Shown here in pieces: positions 24,230 through 37,892 of a DNA stretch of 64,000 nt. The position numbers and the translations under genes were made by a program. Under the pieces are notes generated by a model. That model worked only from the letters and a program-made list of their open reading frames with translations. It did no database searches and had not been told where the DNA came from. This DNA is from Mobula hypostoma (lineage: Eukaryota): contig NC_086097.1 of the NCBI RefSeq assembly GCF_963921235.1, forward strand, positions 133,860,001 through 133,924,000. Reading direction: 5' to 3'. Each line of letters opens with the position of its first letter. The first letter of the stretch is position 1.

Positions 24230-25085
24230 CGTAAGACCACAAGAGAGAAAAGCAGGATCAGGACATTTGGCCCATCAAATCTGCTCCACCAGTTAATCAT
24301 GTCTGATTTATTTTCTCCACCCATTCTTCCTCCTTCTCCATGTAACCCTTTACACCACTGAGCAGTCAAAGACCTATCAATATCTGTCTTAAATATACCC
24401 AGTGACTTGGCCTCCACAGTCCTCAGTGGAAATAAAATTCCACACATTCACCACTCTCTGGCTAAAGAAATTCCTCCCGATCTCAGTTCTAAAGAGTTAG
24501 ATCAGATAATCTAATCTAATAATCTAATCTAATCTTTCTTTTGAGATTGTGCCCTTGGATCCTAGACTCTCCTACTAATAGAGACATCCTCTTCAGTTCC
24601 ACTCTATCCAGGCCTTTCAGTATTCCATAAATTTCAGTGAAATCCCCCATCATCCTTCTGGACTCCATCGAGTGTAGCCCCAGAGACGTCAAACACTCCT
24701 CACACATTAAGCCTGCCATTTATGGGATGTTGGGCGTGAACCTCTTCTGGATCGTCTCCATGGCCAGCACGTCTTTCCTTAGATATGGGACCCAAGATTG
24801 TTCACCATATTTCAAATGCAGCCTGACCAATACCTTACAAAGCCTCAGCAGTACATCATTGCTTTTCTATTCTCACCCTGCCAAAATGAGTGCTAATATT
24901 TCATTTGATTTCCTTACTACCAGCTGAACCTGCAAGTTAGCCTTAAGGAAGACCTGAAATAGGACACCTAAGCTCTTTTTCACACTCAATGTATGGATTT
25001 TCTCCCAATTTAGATAGTAGTCTACACTTCTACTTTTCTTACAAAAGTACATGACTCCAAACTTCCCTACACTGTATTCCATCTG
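24230..25085 (-). mobile_element. Degenerate CR1 3' fragment
   Basis: SLGLHSMESRRMMGDFTEIYGILKGLDRV; tail gtcgtaagaccacaagag. Confidence 0.8.
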
Positions 25086-26205
25086 GGAGGAAGCTACGTA
25101 GCATCCACAGCAGAACCACTGGACTCAAAACTGTTACTTTCCCCAAGCAGTAAGGCTGATCAACACCTCCACCCATTTACTCCACCACTACTTTATTATT
25201 TCCCATTAATCACCTTATATAAATCCTAACATCACTTTATGGACATACAATCAATCTATGTATATATATCTTATGTATTTATATGTATTGTGTGTGTGTT
25301 TTATTATCATTATTTGTTCTTTATCTTATTGGGGTTTTTTTTGTGCTGTATCGGATCCAGAGCAACAATCATTTTGTTCTTCTTACACATTTGTACAGGA
25401 AATGACATTAAACAATCTTGAATTCCTTGAATTTCTTGAATTGTTGAATCTACTATTTCTTTGCCCACTCTCCTTACCTGAACAAACCCCTCAGCACCTC
25501 CTCCACTGAGCTCAAATTTAACAAAGAAAGGGGCTTTAAAAATCTGTAAAAGGATGGCAACAATTAAGGTGGGTTTTGCGAGTGGGGAATGAAAGCAAAT
25601 TGAGGAAGGGTTGCTGCTATTTGTTCCCTTCCCTTCCCCCTTCTCCCGATGTTTGACTCTCAAGAATCGCTGGTCCTCACACTCAGTGGCTGTCACGTCT
25701 CCCCGGCATACACTGGGTAATTAAACTGATTTATTGACAGACAGCAACAAATCCCAACCAGCTTTTTTATGACATTCATACTTCCCAAGGCTAAATTTAC
25801 TCTATTAACAGTCTCTCTCTTTCTCTTTCAATATGTTGGCAATGGCTGATGATTTTTTCCCCAAGCAAGGGGGGGCATTTGGCAAAAGATTTGTTGGGAA
25901 GGGGTGAGGCACACCTTGAAAACAAAGAGAGAACAGATAAAATGCAATCCAGTAATAAACTATTGCCCCAATATTCACATAAACACAATATATACTTGGA
26001 AGGGCTTTGAAGGAAAAACAAGATCCACTTTGAGCTAATATTACACATAGTTCCAATTTTACCTTAGGGAAAGTGGATTTATTAAAAGTCATGACTGAAA
26101 TGGCATGACAGGTGCCAATATTCTCCACCCCGACAGATGTCTAAGCTTTTGAATGCCATTTCCTTGTCACAAATCCCTAGATGGAGTTGCTCCATCAACC
26201 ATTTG

Positions 26206-26210
<5 letters not shown>

Positions 26211-26243
<33 letters not shown>
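26211..26243. repeat. (CT)n microsatellite
   Basis: Read directly from the sequence. Confidence 0.95.
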
Positions 26244-26246
<3 letters not shown>

Positions 26247-27049
26247 TAGATCACACATGCCCATCTTTTTTGCCTCCAAGCTGCAATGCGCGTTTGATGT
26301 TCAAGGATTCTCACAGTGATGCTTGTCAAAAAATGTCCATTATTTATACCGAGAGGGGAGCTTTTAAAAGCAGTCATGTGTTCTGAACAACATCAACAGG
26401 TCCAACTGAAATCCTTCATCTGCCGTGCACAGACCCCACCCCCACAAGTAAAAAAGAAGAAGGGATTTTTAAATTCCTGATTGGGACAGGAAAACCAGAA
26501 ATAAATAATCCCTCTATATACAAACACACACACATACAGATACACATAGATATATATGCACGTACACACATAAGCAAACAATGAGATATTTCTCAGTTTA
26601 TTTGTGACCATGTTTGAATCCAAAAACAACAGCCCCTGTCTTCTGTAAGAATTATATGGAGCTGGGTCTTCATAATTGTAGATATAGAGTGGCAACTGCT
26701 CAACGCAAGGTGGTCTGTGTAACCAGATTATATACAAGGTAGAGAGAGAGAAACAGACAGACAGACAGACTGAGACAGGAGGGAATGAGGGAGAGAGAAA
26801 GGATGCCACTCTCTGCCAAAGAGCTTCCTGGCTCCTGCAACACAGGCCCACCTGAGAAGGATGGGCCAGGCTTCTTGCGTAGTGTGTGGCATTTTTTTTT
26901 CCCATACAATTCCATTCAAGTCTACAATAGTGCAGACAGAATGTTGTAGAGCAGCTGCAAGGAGTGAAAAAAAAGAGCTTCATAAAGAGGAGCAGACGAG
27001 AAGTGACAGTTCTATATCTCTCTCACTGGTACTGACAGCTGACAGATGG

Positions 27050-27052
<3 letters not shown>

Positions 27053-27093
<41 letters not shown>
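27053..27093. repeat. (CA)n microsatellite
   Basis: Read directly from the sequence. Confidence 0.95.
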
Positions 27094-27096
<3 letters not shown>

Positions 27097-27229
27097 TAGG
27101 ATGAGAGCTCTCTGTTCATGGGGACTAGATTTGATGGAATATAGCTTAGAATAATAAACCCTTGTCAATTTTTTCTGATGGCAATTTGACTATATAGCCT
27201 AATTCCCTTTCTTGTATTCACTAAGAGCT

Positions 27230-27230
<1 letters not shown>

Positions 27231-27269
<39 letters not shown>

Positions 27270-27330
27270 CCTCTCTCTCTTTCTCCCTCTCCCTATCTAT
27301 CCTCTCTCTCCATTTCTATTTCTCTGTCTC
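27231..27330. repeat. (CT)n-rich microsatellite
   Basis: Read directly from the sequence. Confidence 0.9.
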
Positions 27331-30300
27331 AGTAATAGGACACAGCCAACCACAGATTTTCAACAGATCAGTACACTGATCATTTTTTTTATTTGTACTG
27401 CTCCCGTTGGGGGCAAAATTGGATGCAAAATTTAGAAAGAAAATGTACAATTGTCATTTTTTTATTAAAAAAGCAGAAATTAAAAGCTGCTTGCCAGATG
27501 GATCTAGACTGACAGTCAGTTCATCTCCAAAATACACACTGCAGAAAAAAGCTGTCAGTGTTCCCTGCTTCAACTTACTGGAGATAATCATGGATTAATT
27601 GTGAAGGTATAAAAAAGGACACTTTTTTTAATCAAAGCTCTTGCCTCTGGCGAGTCTCACAGACGCTGCCGATTTGGATTTTTGTTATTTCAGACTTACA
27701 TCCACTGGTATCAGAAATTGTCCCTATCATGTCTTGTGGGAGGGCCTCGGGAGATAAGACGATTGTTACAATGCACTCAAAGCACACTGGACACTGATGT
27801 GTTGACTGCGGGGTGAGTGGGTGGGAGTCCGAGGCTGGGAGAGTACAGCAATCATCTTTGTCCTTAATGGGCAAATTCAGCTGATACTCTGTGTGAGGAT
27901 GAGATACCTGCAGATCACCACCAGTCACAGGATTAGGCAGAAATGGATCTTTCTGGTTGCTTTATTTGGACAGTAATTACTCATTAAACTGGCTGTAAAA
28001 AATATTAACTCTAATAACTCACCATGTAGATATCCTGCTAATGATGAACTAATTCATACTGCCAATCAATCATTCCCACCCACGTAATAAACAATTCTAA
28101 GCAGGGATCTTACCTGCTTCAGTTTGTAAATTGCTTTAATAGATTTAAAAATTGTACATTATTTTTGAAAACATCTTTCATTTAATCCACCTTTCTTCTC
28201 CTCGCATTATTTTTCTTTCTACTTCATCCACCATCCTTAACATTCTCTCCCTCTGCCACCAACACACGATAATTGCACAGTGTACCGTCTACAAAATGCA
28301 CTGCAATTACTCAGCAAGGCTACCATCGCCGCCCAAATGTGTGGCTTCCAATGTAAGGATGAGTTCTGCAGGTAAATGGGAGCACCAACACCTGCAGGTT
28401 CCCTCCAAGTCATGCTCCATCATGATTCAGAAATGTTTCAGCAGTCCTTCTTTGCCACTGGGTCTCCCAATGAGAGTTTAGTGCTAATAACGGTTCATAA
28501 AGCTAGCTCACCATCGTCTTCTCAAGTACATTAATAAATGAGCAATAAATGCAGACCTGCAGCAGCAACGTTCTATAAATGAATAAAAGAAAAATGCATT
28601 GAATTCACCCATTCTAAATTCACCTGCATTTTTTCCTCCTTTTGGACTTCTAACCTTGCTGTTCACCCAGTTTACAGATGTCACCTTGCCCTCGCTTCTC
28701 TCTCGCCATTTAAGACTTCCAGCAACTTCAGAATCAAGTTCGCTTATTTATCACATTGAAACATGCAGTGAAATGCGTCATTTGCGTTAACAATCAACAC
28801 AAACCAAGGATGTGCTGGGGGCAGCCCGCAAGTGTTGTCTCACATTTTAGCGCCAACATTGCATGTTTACAATGCTCAGCAGAACAACAACAGAACACAA
28901 GCAAAACAACAGTAAATAAGCCCCCTTTCTTCCCTGTCACCCACCTACCCACATGGACAGTCCTCCAACACCAGGACAGGCCTCAAGGCCTTCAGTCTCT
29001 AGTCTCCAGGCTTAAGCCATCGGGCTTCAATCTCTGGATTCCCAATCAACCTTTCGGCTTCATTGACCATAAGAACACAAAGTATGACAAAACTGACCCA
29101 CTTGCCCTTCATTTCTGTTCCATCATGCACTGAGGTCATGATGTTACTCTCCTGCTCCAGCTACACATATCTTGATTTCCATAATACTTAAAAATATATT
29201 GGCATTGCCATTGGCACTTCATCTCATGTCCTCTTTATTTATTGCTATTTATTTATATTTGCATTTGCACAATTTGTTGTCTTTTTCAACCTGGCGGAAC
29301 ACCCAAGTTGGGTGGTCTTTCATTGATTCTGTTATAGTTACTATTCTATAGAATTGTTGAGTATGCCCACTAAAAAAATGAATCTCAGGGTTGTATATGG
29401 TGACATTTAGGTACTTTGATAATAAAATTTACTTTGAACTTGGAATTTTGAACATACTCAGCAACTGGGTCTCCACTGCCCTCTTGAAAAGATAATTCCA
29501 TAGATTCAAAACTCTCTTGGTATAGAAACCTTCTCTTAAGTTCATCCTGAATAGCTGAACCCTTATTTTGAGACTGTGATCCCTAGTTCTATGCACCATA
29601 GCCAGAGGAAACTTTGATTCTGCATCTAGTCAGGGAAGCCTCTAAGAATTTTGAACATTTCAATGAGATCAACACTCTTTCTTCTGGTTCAAGAGAGTAT
29701 GGGCCCAGTCTGCTTAATCCCTCCTCACATGATGAAAGATCTGAAACCAAAGCTCACACAGACAGATCTAACAAGGGAACATCTGCTCCATCAAATATGG
29801 CCCAGTACAGCTCGCTCAGAATTTGTCACAAAAATAGTAATGCTGGAGGGTGTGAACTAGCCTGAAAACCCATACTCAATGATTCAGAAACAGCTTCTTC
29901 CCCTCCACCACAAGATTTCTGAACGGACCATTAACCCATGAACACTAACTCATTATTATTGTTTTTTGAACTTTCTTATTTAATAGTAATTTTATGTCTT
30001 TGCACATACTGCTGCTACAAAGGAAATTTCACCTTAAATAAGACAGTGGTCATAAACATGATTCTGATTTGGAATCTGATTCCTCTGACAGCTCATTCCA
30101 TATATATACTGCCTTCTGTGTAAAAAAAATGTCCCACAAGTTCTGACTAAATCTTTCCACACTCACCTTAAACCCATACTCTCTTGTTCTTGAAACCTCA
30201 ACCCCAGGGAAAGGATTGAGTGCATTCACCCAATGTATGAAAATCGAGAAGCTAGTAGTTGTTAACTACTCCACAATTCAGCTAACTTGCTAGCTTAGAG

Positions 30301-30451
30301 GTGCATACTAATACTTTTCAGAAATAAGACCTCTTTTTGTAAATCAGTGAGCCTCAGAGCAGAGAGGCTAACGCTAAATTCTTGTAGGATGTTTCTCAAA
30401 CCTGTGCATAACTTATATTCAAATGAAAGTGTTTGTAATGTGACTTTGTAT

Positions 30452-30648
30452 CAACGTTCCCTCTAATTTATTTACAGCTGTGAGGACCAACCATTGCTTT
30501 CAGCAGGAAATTTTTACATGGCCTGAAAATTGCACGACACTTTAATGAAACATCATATAAAAGAAAATTCTGGCTGCACGGCAACAAAGGCTATGTGTGT
30601 GGGAGCATTTCAGTTACTGTGCGGCGGCGCACTTTAGAGGGGACTGTG
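30452..30648. mobile_element. hAT-type MITE (~197 bp) with 8-bp TSD
   Basis: Left TIR caacgttccctctaa versus reverse complement of the right end cacagtcccctctaa (12/15). Flanks ctttgtat (30444-30451) and ctctgtat (30649-30656). Confidence 0.75.
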
Positions 30649-31543
30649 CTCTGTATTGTGCACTTTATCAGTAAAAGAATGATGAAAGTAAATGTCTCAC
30701 ATTTGCACATTGCTCCAACTCTGCCGATATAATGGATGTTGGTGCTCTATACTCCCCATTCCCCTGGGTGAGTGCAGTTCCAATAACACTGAAGAACTGC
30801 AACATCATCTGGACAAAGTAGGCTGCCTGATTAGTACTCCATCCACCGCCCCCCGCCCCCGCAAATATTCATCCCTAGTGCACCGTGGACCATCACAGTT
30901 GTCACCTCCCTACTCCTTGACCACCAAGAAGTACAAGTTCAGGAAAATAACAATCCCTGCAGTTTTGTCTCCATGTAACACATTATCCTGACTTCCTTCA
31001 TCATTGCTGCGTCTAGATCTCAGAACTCCTTTGTCCAACATCTCCCTGGGCTACATTCTCCACACAGAGTTCAGTGACTTAAAATGGTGGCCGAACACCA
31101 TCTCTCAAGGGCAATTAGACTTAGGTCATAAATGCTGACAAGAAAGTAAGTAAAAAATATCTAAGTAGACTGCCTTGCCTCATCTGCATTTTAAAATCTG
31201 GTGCTCTTGCTGAGGAAGTCTCTATCTGGTTGTATGGGAGCTCAGGTGGTGCAGTGATAATGGTATTGGCTTGATAATCTAGAGAACTGAGTTCAAATCA
31301 TGCTTTTGGAACTATGATGTGTAAATTCAGATGCTATGTACAGTATATGATTTTTTTAAAAAAGACAAGTTACTATTAGTGAGTAAGTCGATTCTGGAAA
31401 ATACACAAATATCACTCAGTTTGGTAACTATACACATCTCCACAGTGTTGCAGTGAATACTGCCAAAAGCAGGTAAGACTGATAAAAATGAATAATTAAT
31501 AAAAGAGGAGAGAGAGAAGAAGCTAGTTCTACCATAAAGAATA

Positions 31544-33419
31544 CACAGTGAATTCCAGTTAATTTGGACACATAGGGTCCAGTTAATTTTGGCCCATTTT
31601 GTCAAAGTTTCAAGGAAATAGTTAAAAAAATATTTAAAAAAAGACAAACTACAATTCAACCAAGTAGCAAACTATGTATTTAATGAAATACAGAACAAAT
31701 TAGAACACTACCAATACTACTTGCTGGTGGTTGTCCGTCGTATCCAAAGATGACAGGAATCCTATGTGGGAGAGATTTTAAAGTGGAAAAGCAGTAGCAC
31801 TAGGGCAGTTCCACTCTCTCGACCACAGAAGTCTGGGTCCAGTGGGATGAGTAGCCTTCACAGCTGGGGTCTTGCCTGGTTGCAGTGGATGACCACAACA
31901 TCTTCTATGCCTGGTCATGCTCTTGGCTTTCCACGAACCTCTGTTGGATCTTACTGTAGACTCATCTGCCCAGTGTGCCAGAGCTGACCACGTGCTAAGA
32001 CAGGCATGTCCCTGTCTCACTGGGGTATGAGACCCACTGGTTACCCTCATCGGCTTTAGCCTGCCAGTCAAAGTGGTATACTGGTGTGTAGCCCCTGTCG
32101 CATGCAAACAGCTATAGGTGAGAGCTACTGGGGACCAAAGGTAACATTCAAGATGATCAAAGTCAAAGTATGTATGCAGTATACAACCCTGAGATTCGCC
32201 TTTCCGCAGGCAGTCACGAAACAAAGAAACAACGTGGAATCCATTCAAAGAAAACATCAAACACTCAGTATACAAAAAAAAAGAACAAATTACGCAAATG
32301 GCAAAAAATAAGTAAAAAACACTCAGAATATTAAACATCAAACTGCAAAGACCCCAAAACTGTCTAGGAATGTCCAGTTCAGTTCAGTTCAGTTCAGCTT
32401 AACACTGTTGTTCGTTGACTGCAGCCTGCAGAACTAGGCCTCGTAAAAGTTCCCCAATCAAAATCATGTAAAATTGCAATGAAAATAACCAGAAACACAT
32501 ATACAATGAACTGCAGAGTCCTCTAGAAACAAGTCCAATCCATAAACCATGCCAATCAAATCTTGCCCAAGAGCCAAGACTCCTGCACCTTCCTCCGGCA
32601 GTGATTAACCAGAGGGAGAAGGAGACCAGTCAAACACAGACAGACGGTGCCGAATACCCGCTTGACTTCTGCTCCTGTCCTTGTTGATTTCAATCTTTTT
32701 CGGCACTTTAATCGGTAAGATCAGCAAGTGATGGAGCCAATTATGGGTCCGCACTCCACCATTAGGCTGCATTCTCCATTTTCCACCTTGCTCTCAACCA
32801 CACTAAATTTCCTTAGAGCCAGCAAAAGCACCAGACCGCTCAGTTGACCCAAAAACACATTATCAAAAAGTAAGTTATGGGCTCCAATCACACACAGATT
32901 AGTAGTAGGTGTATATTTAAACAAAGAAGGAAAAGCAAATGTTTCATGAACTGTCTGCAGGATGTCGCCATTAGTTGCATTAATCACTGGTGCCACCTTG
33001 CCCACAGATGATTGTCAATATCTTCAAATCCTTTGTAGTTCATAACTTGCTGAAGTAGTGAAACATTTTCATTTTCACTCCCAGCATTTCCAAGTCTGAA
33101 TGCTTGAAACTGCAGTCAGCAAAACCGTTCTGTATTGTCTTACCGCTTATTTTTCGCCAACTATCAGTGACAAGAATCACTGCTTTTTGAACACAAACAC
33201 ATGCCACTGATGCTATTTAAAGACAGTTCACTCTAAGCATGGTGCATGTAAGTGACGTTAAATAGCAACAGTCTCCTGTCCCAGTTAAGCAGCATATTGT
33301 CCCAAATAATTAAAGGGAATTCCCACTATTTTCTTAATTTGCTTTTGTTCTTTAAGAGATGTCACAAATAAGTGGATGCCGCGATTAACCAATGACCCAA
33401 TTAACTGGGATCCACTCTG
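31544..33419. mobile_element. Tc1/mariner-superfamily (Tigger/pogo-like) non-autonomous element with nested insertions
   Basis: TA|cacagtgaattccagttaatttgg ... cccaattaactgggatccactctg|TA, a 20/24 TIR match. Confidence 0.7.
32145..33003 (-). mobile_element. Non-autonomous retroelement with Rex1-like 3' tail, nested in the Tigger-like element
   Basis: Minus-strand tail gaatctcagggttgtatactgcatacatactttga matches the tail at 29380-29445. The 5' end caaggtggcacc resembles aagatggc. Confidence 0.55.
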
Positions 33420-34694
33420 TATACGCATGTTGGACTCTTGAATTTAATTATACCTTGTGAGCTTGCTTGTATGTAGAAGTGTCCATAATTCGGGCATTCA
33501 TAACCTAGGGACAGCTTGTAATGTCCTTCAGGGAAAGATCTTGCTCATTCTTAACCAGTCTGGCCTACACGTGACCCCAGACCAATGTGTTTTGTTCCTA
33601 CAATCTAGCACACCATTCAGTTGCCAGCACCAGTTTCTCAAGGGACAGTCAATGATGAGGAATAAATGATTACCTTCCTTGTAACTATCGGATCCTGAAA
33701 GAAATGTTTAAAAAATTTACTCTGTAATATACAATGATTTTTGAAAACAAATCTATCTTTCAAGAAATGCTTGGGTTGCTAAACCCACTCGCTTCACGCT
33801 CTTAATACATAATATTCACTCTTTTGTTTGCTGAATCAATTCTCAGAGTTAATATTTCAGTGTCTTTCCTTCTTCTTAAACATGCAGAGTTACAGCTGCG
33901 TTAAAGTGGACTGAGTGTATCAGGTTTAAAGAATGGAAAGCAAGCAGTTTAAAAAATGGATCATTGATTAGGGCCATCACAGCGGGTAGTTGTGAAATGG
34001 CACACATTGCTTTGATCGCACAGTTAATGATGATGGCTCACACTAACTGTGACCCAATCCATAAAGTAGCGCAAGTGAGTCTGAGCTGATTGCTGTTGTA
34101 AGGTGCTCAAATCCTTAAATCAGCAGCAGTTCAGCAGTCTGACGTTTCCCTGATAGCACAGAGACTGACAGATGACACACTTGACATCTGCAAAGTGGGA
34201 TAGGTAGCAGAAGCCCGCTGGCTGTAATACTTGGCTGAAGGGAAGGGTTTGCGAGGGGGCCATCTCTTTCTCTGCCAGTGCCCATGTACAGCCATGTTCC
34301 TCACAGAGTCGTCACCTGAGATTAATGTTCTGCACACAACAAGAGTTCAGGCAACCAACCACTACATTAAATCACCAGGTCAAAGAATGTTTTAAAAATA
34401 AATTACCACTTCCCAGTGAGCTGAATCATAAAATCAGATACTAAATAATTAGAATCAAACAGCACTGAAACAGGCCCTGGGCCAAACTAGTCCATGGTCA
34501 CCAAGATGCTCATCTAAGCCAGTCACCTTTGTCAGCATTTCACCTATAACCTCTAAACTTTGCCTACCCATGTATCTGTCCACCTGCCTTTATAATGTTG
34601 TTATTGTACCCGTCTCAACCATGCTCTCTGGCAGCTCATTCCACACAGATCTTTGTGCAAAAATTTTGTCAAGTTGAAATGCCTTTTATATCAT

Positions 34695-36498
34695 ATAAAA
34701 AGTAGACTATGGCAGGGTCTAAATGAGATCACTGGGCGCAAAGAAAAGGCTGGGAATATCAATAACTGTGACACTTCTCTTCCTGATGAACTTAACATAT
34801 TCTACACAAGATTCGAACAGAAGAGGAGCGTCCCGCTCCCTCCGGATGAACCGGACCTGGTGGCATCGAGATTCATCGTCACTGAGGTGGACGTTAGAAG
34901 GGGCTTCCTGAAGACAAATCCAAGGAAGGCAACGGGCCCAGATGGCATCCCAGGATGGGTTCTCCAGGCCTGTGCAAGGGAGCAAGCTGGAGTGTTTGCT
35001 GACATCTTCAACTGCTCCTTGCTTCAGTCTAAGAAGTGTTTTAAGAAGGCAACGATAATCCCGGTGCCGAAGAAGAGCAAGGTGGCATGCCTGAATGACT
35101 ATCGACCTGTGGCTCTGACATCAATTGCTATGAAGTGCTTCGAGAGATTGGTTATGGCACACATCAACCACAGCCTACTGGTCAACCTCGATGCTTTGCA
35201 ATTCGCCTACCGGAGCAACAGGTCAACAGCAGATGCCATCTCTCTGGTCCTACATTCCTCCTTAGAACACCTGGAGAATAAAGACACATACGTAAGGCTC
35301 CTTTTCATAAAGCTCTGCCTTTAATACCATCATTCCAAATAAATTGATTCCTAAGCTCCAGAACCTGGGCCTTAGCACTCAGATCTGTAGCTGGATCTTC
35401 AACTTCCTCACAGACAGGACCCAGGCTGACAAAATAGGGGACAAGCTCTCCTCTACAATCACTCTGAGCACCGGTGCCCCACAAGGCTGTGTACTCAGCC
35501 CCCTGCTGTACTCACTGTACACCCATGATTGTGTAGCCAAGTTTCCATTAATCTCAATATATAAGTTTGCTGATGACACAATAATTGTAGGCTGTATCTC
35601 GGGTAATGATGAGTTTGAGTACAGAGAGGAAATTAAGAACTTGGTGGCATGGTGCGAAGACAATAGCCTATCCCTCAACGTCAGCAAGACGAAAGAATTG
35701 GTTGTTGACTTCAGAAGGAGTAGCGGACCACACAACCCAATTTACATCGGTGGTGCACAAGTGGAACAGGTCAAAAGCTTTAAGTTCCTCGGGGTCAATA
35801 TCACAAACGATCTTACTTGGTCCAACCAAGCAGAGTTCTCTGCCAATAAGGCCCACCAGCGCCTTTACTTCCTGAGAAAACTAAAGAAATTTGGCCTGTC
35901 CCCTAAAACCCTCACTAATTTTTATAGATTCCCCGTAGAAAGCATTCTTCTAGGGTGCATCACAACCTGGTATGGAAGTTGTCCTGTCCAAGACCGAAAG
36001 AAGCTGCAGAAGATCGTGAACACGGCGCAGCACATCACACAAACCAATCTTCTGTCCCTGGACTCACTTTACACCACACGCTGTCGGAGCAGCGCTGCCA
36101 GGATAATCAAGGACACGACCCACCCAGCCAACACACTTTCCGTCCCTCTTCCCTCCAGGAGAAGGTTCAGGAGCTTGAAGACTCGTACGGCCAGATTTGG
36201 GAACAGCTTCTTTCCAACTGTGATAAGACTGCTGAACGGATCCTGACATGAATCTGGGCCGTACCCTCCAAATATCCGGACCTGCCTCTCGGTTTTTTTT
36301 TGCACTACCTTACTTCCAATTTTTCTATTTTCTATTTATGATTTATAATTTAAATTTTTAATATTTACTAATTTAACTATTTTAATATTTTTAATATTTA
36401 ATATTTGTAATCCAGGGAGTGTGAAGCGCAGAATCAAATATCACTGTGATGATTGTACGTTCTAGTACCAATTGTTTGGTGACAATAAAGTATAAAGT
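34695..36498 (+). mobile_element. Rex1/Babar-type LINE, 5'-truncated, RT largely intact with one frameshift near 35310
   Basis: ORFs 34653..35324 (KATGPDGIP, CLNDYRPVALTS..KCFERLV, LQFAYRSNRST) and 35344..36246 ([31 protein letters not shown]); tail gacaataaagtataaagta. Confidence 0.93.
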
Positions 36499-36954
36499 AC
36501 ATGTGCCGTGGGAGGCACCTATAGGGGACAAAAACCTCATCACTGGCCCCACAGCAGCTGACCCTGTTATTGATCTCCCTCACCACAGTGTCGATTCCCT
36601 TATCCGGATCCACCCAGGCACTGCCGTCTGGAAGTTTAGCTGCCTCAGTGCTGCTGCTGGTAGAACCTCGCTGTCCCAGAGATCTGGGTTCAGCTTCAGA
36701 TTCACCCATTTATCACACATACATCCAAACAAAACCATGAAATGCAACGTCTGTATTAACAGCCAACACAACTTACGAAGGTGCGGCAGGCAGCCTGCAA
36801 GTGTTGGCATGCATTGTGGGCCGAAGGGCCTGTACTGTGCTGTACTATTCTATTCTATTCCGGTGTCAACATAGCAGAACAGCACAAACAACAAGACAAC
36901 AATAACAACAAAACAGAACAGCAGCAGCAAAGCAAGCCTCTTTCTTTCATCCCA

Positions 36955-37810
36955 CTCACACGTCCATCCATTCAACTCCATCATACCCTCAGAAATAATT
37001 CACAAGCTCCAAAACCTGGGCCTCTGTACCTTTCTCTGCAACTGGATCCTTGACTTCTTCACCGGGAGACCACATGCAGTGCCCATTGGAAATAACATCT
37101 CCTCCTCGCTTAGAGTCAATAACACTGGCATACCTCAACGGCATGTGCTTAGCTCTCTGCTCTACTCTTTCTACACCCTATGACTATGCAGCTAGGCACA
37201 GCTCAAACACCATCTATAAATTTGCCAATGACACAACTCTTGTTGCAGAATTTCAGGTGGTGATGAGGAAGTGACAGAAATCAGCTGGTTGAGTGGTGTC
37301 AAACAACAATGCTGCATTCAACATCAGTTAGACCAAGGAATTGATTGTGCACTTCAGGAAGGGAAAATCAAGAGTACACATACCAGTCCTCATTGAGGGA
37401 TCAGTAGTGCAAAGGGTGAGCATTTTCAAGTTCCTCGGTGACAACATCTCTGAAGATCTATCCTGGGCCCAACATGTTGTTGCAATTACAAGGAAGGTAC
37501 AACAGCAGCCATATTTCATTCGGAGTTTGAGGAGATTTAGTATGTCACCAAAGACTCTCAAAACTTCTACAGATGTACCATGAAAAGCATTCTCATTGAT
37601 TTCATCACTGTCTGGTATGGAGGGGCCACTACACAGGACTGGAAAAAGATGCAGAAAGTTGTAAACTCAGCCAGCTCATCATAGGTATCAGCCTCCCCAA
37701 CATCGAGAACAACTTCAAAAGGTGATCGGCCACACCCTTCATGATATATATTATTGTAATTTATAGGTTTTCATTATGTATTGAAATGTACTGCTGCTGC
37801 AAAACAATCT
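36955..37810 (+). mobile_element. Degenerate Rex1-type RT fragment
   Basis: IYKFANDTT, FKFLGDNISEDLSW. Confidence 0.8.
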
Positions 37811-37892
37811 CAGTGAAACTCCTCTCTCAGACTAACCCCTCTCAGTGTAACCCTCTCGCAGTGTAACTCCTCTTTCAGTGTAACCCTCTCTC
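37810..37892. repeat. Short ~17-bp tandem repeat (ctctcagtgtaaccct-like)
   Basis: Four to five degenerate copies immediately before the minisatellite. Confidence 0.7.

Noticed and set aside
26393..26983. 196-aa minus-strand ORF
   Set aside because: It runs through simple repeats, has low complexity and shows no recognisable domain.
27694..27720. YIHWYQK resembling an immunoglobulin V framework 2
   Set aside because: There is no flanking Cys motif, YYC, leader or RSS, so the match is coincidental.
31778..32341. 187-aa minus-strand ORF
   Set aside because: It spans the junction of two nested repeats and has no protein-like motif.
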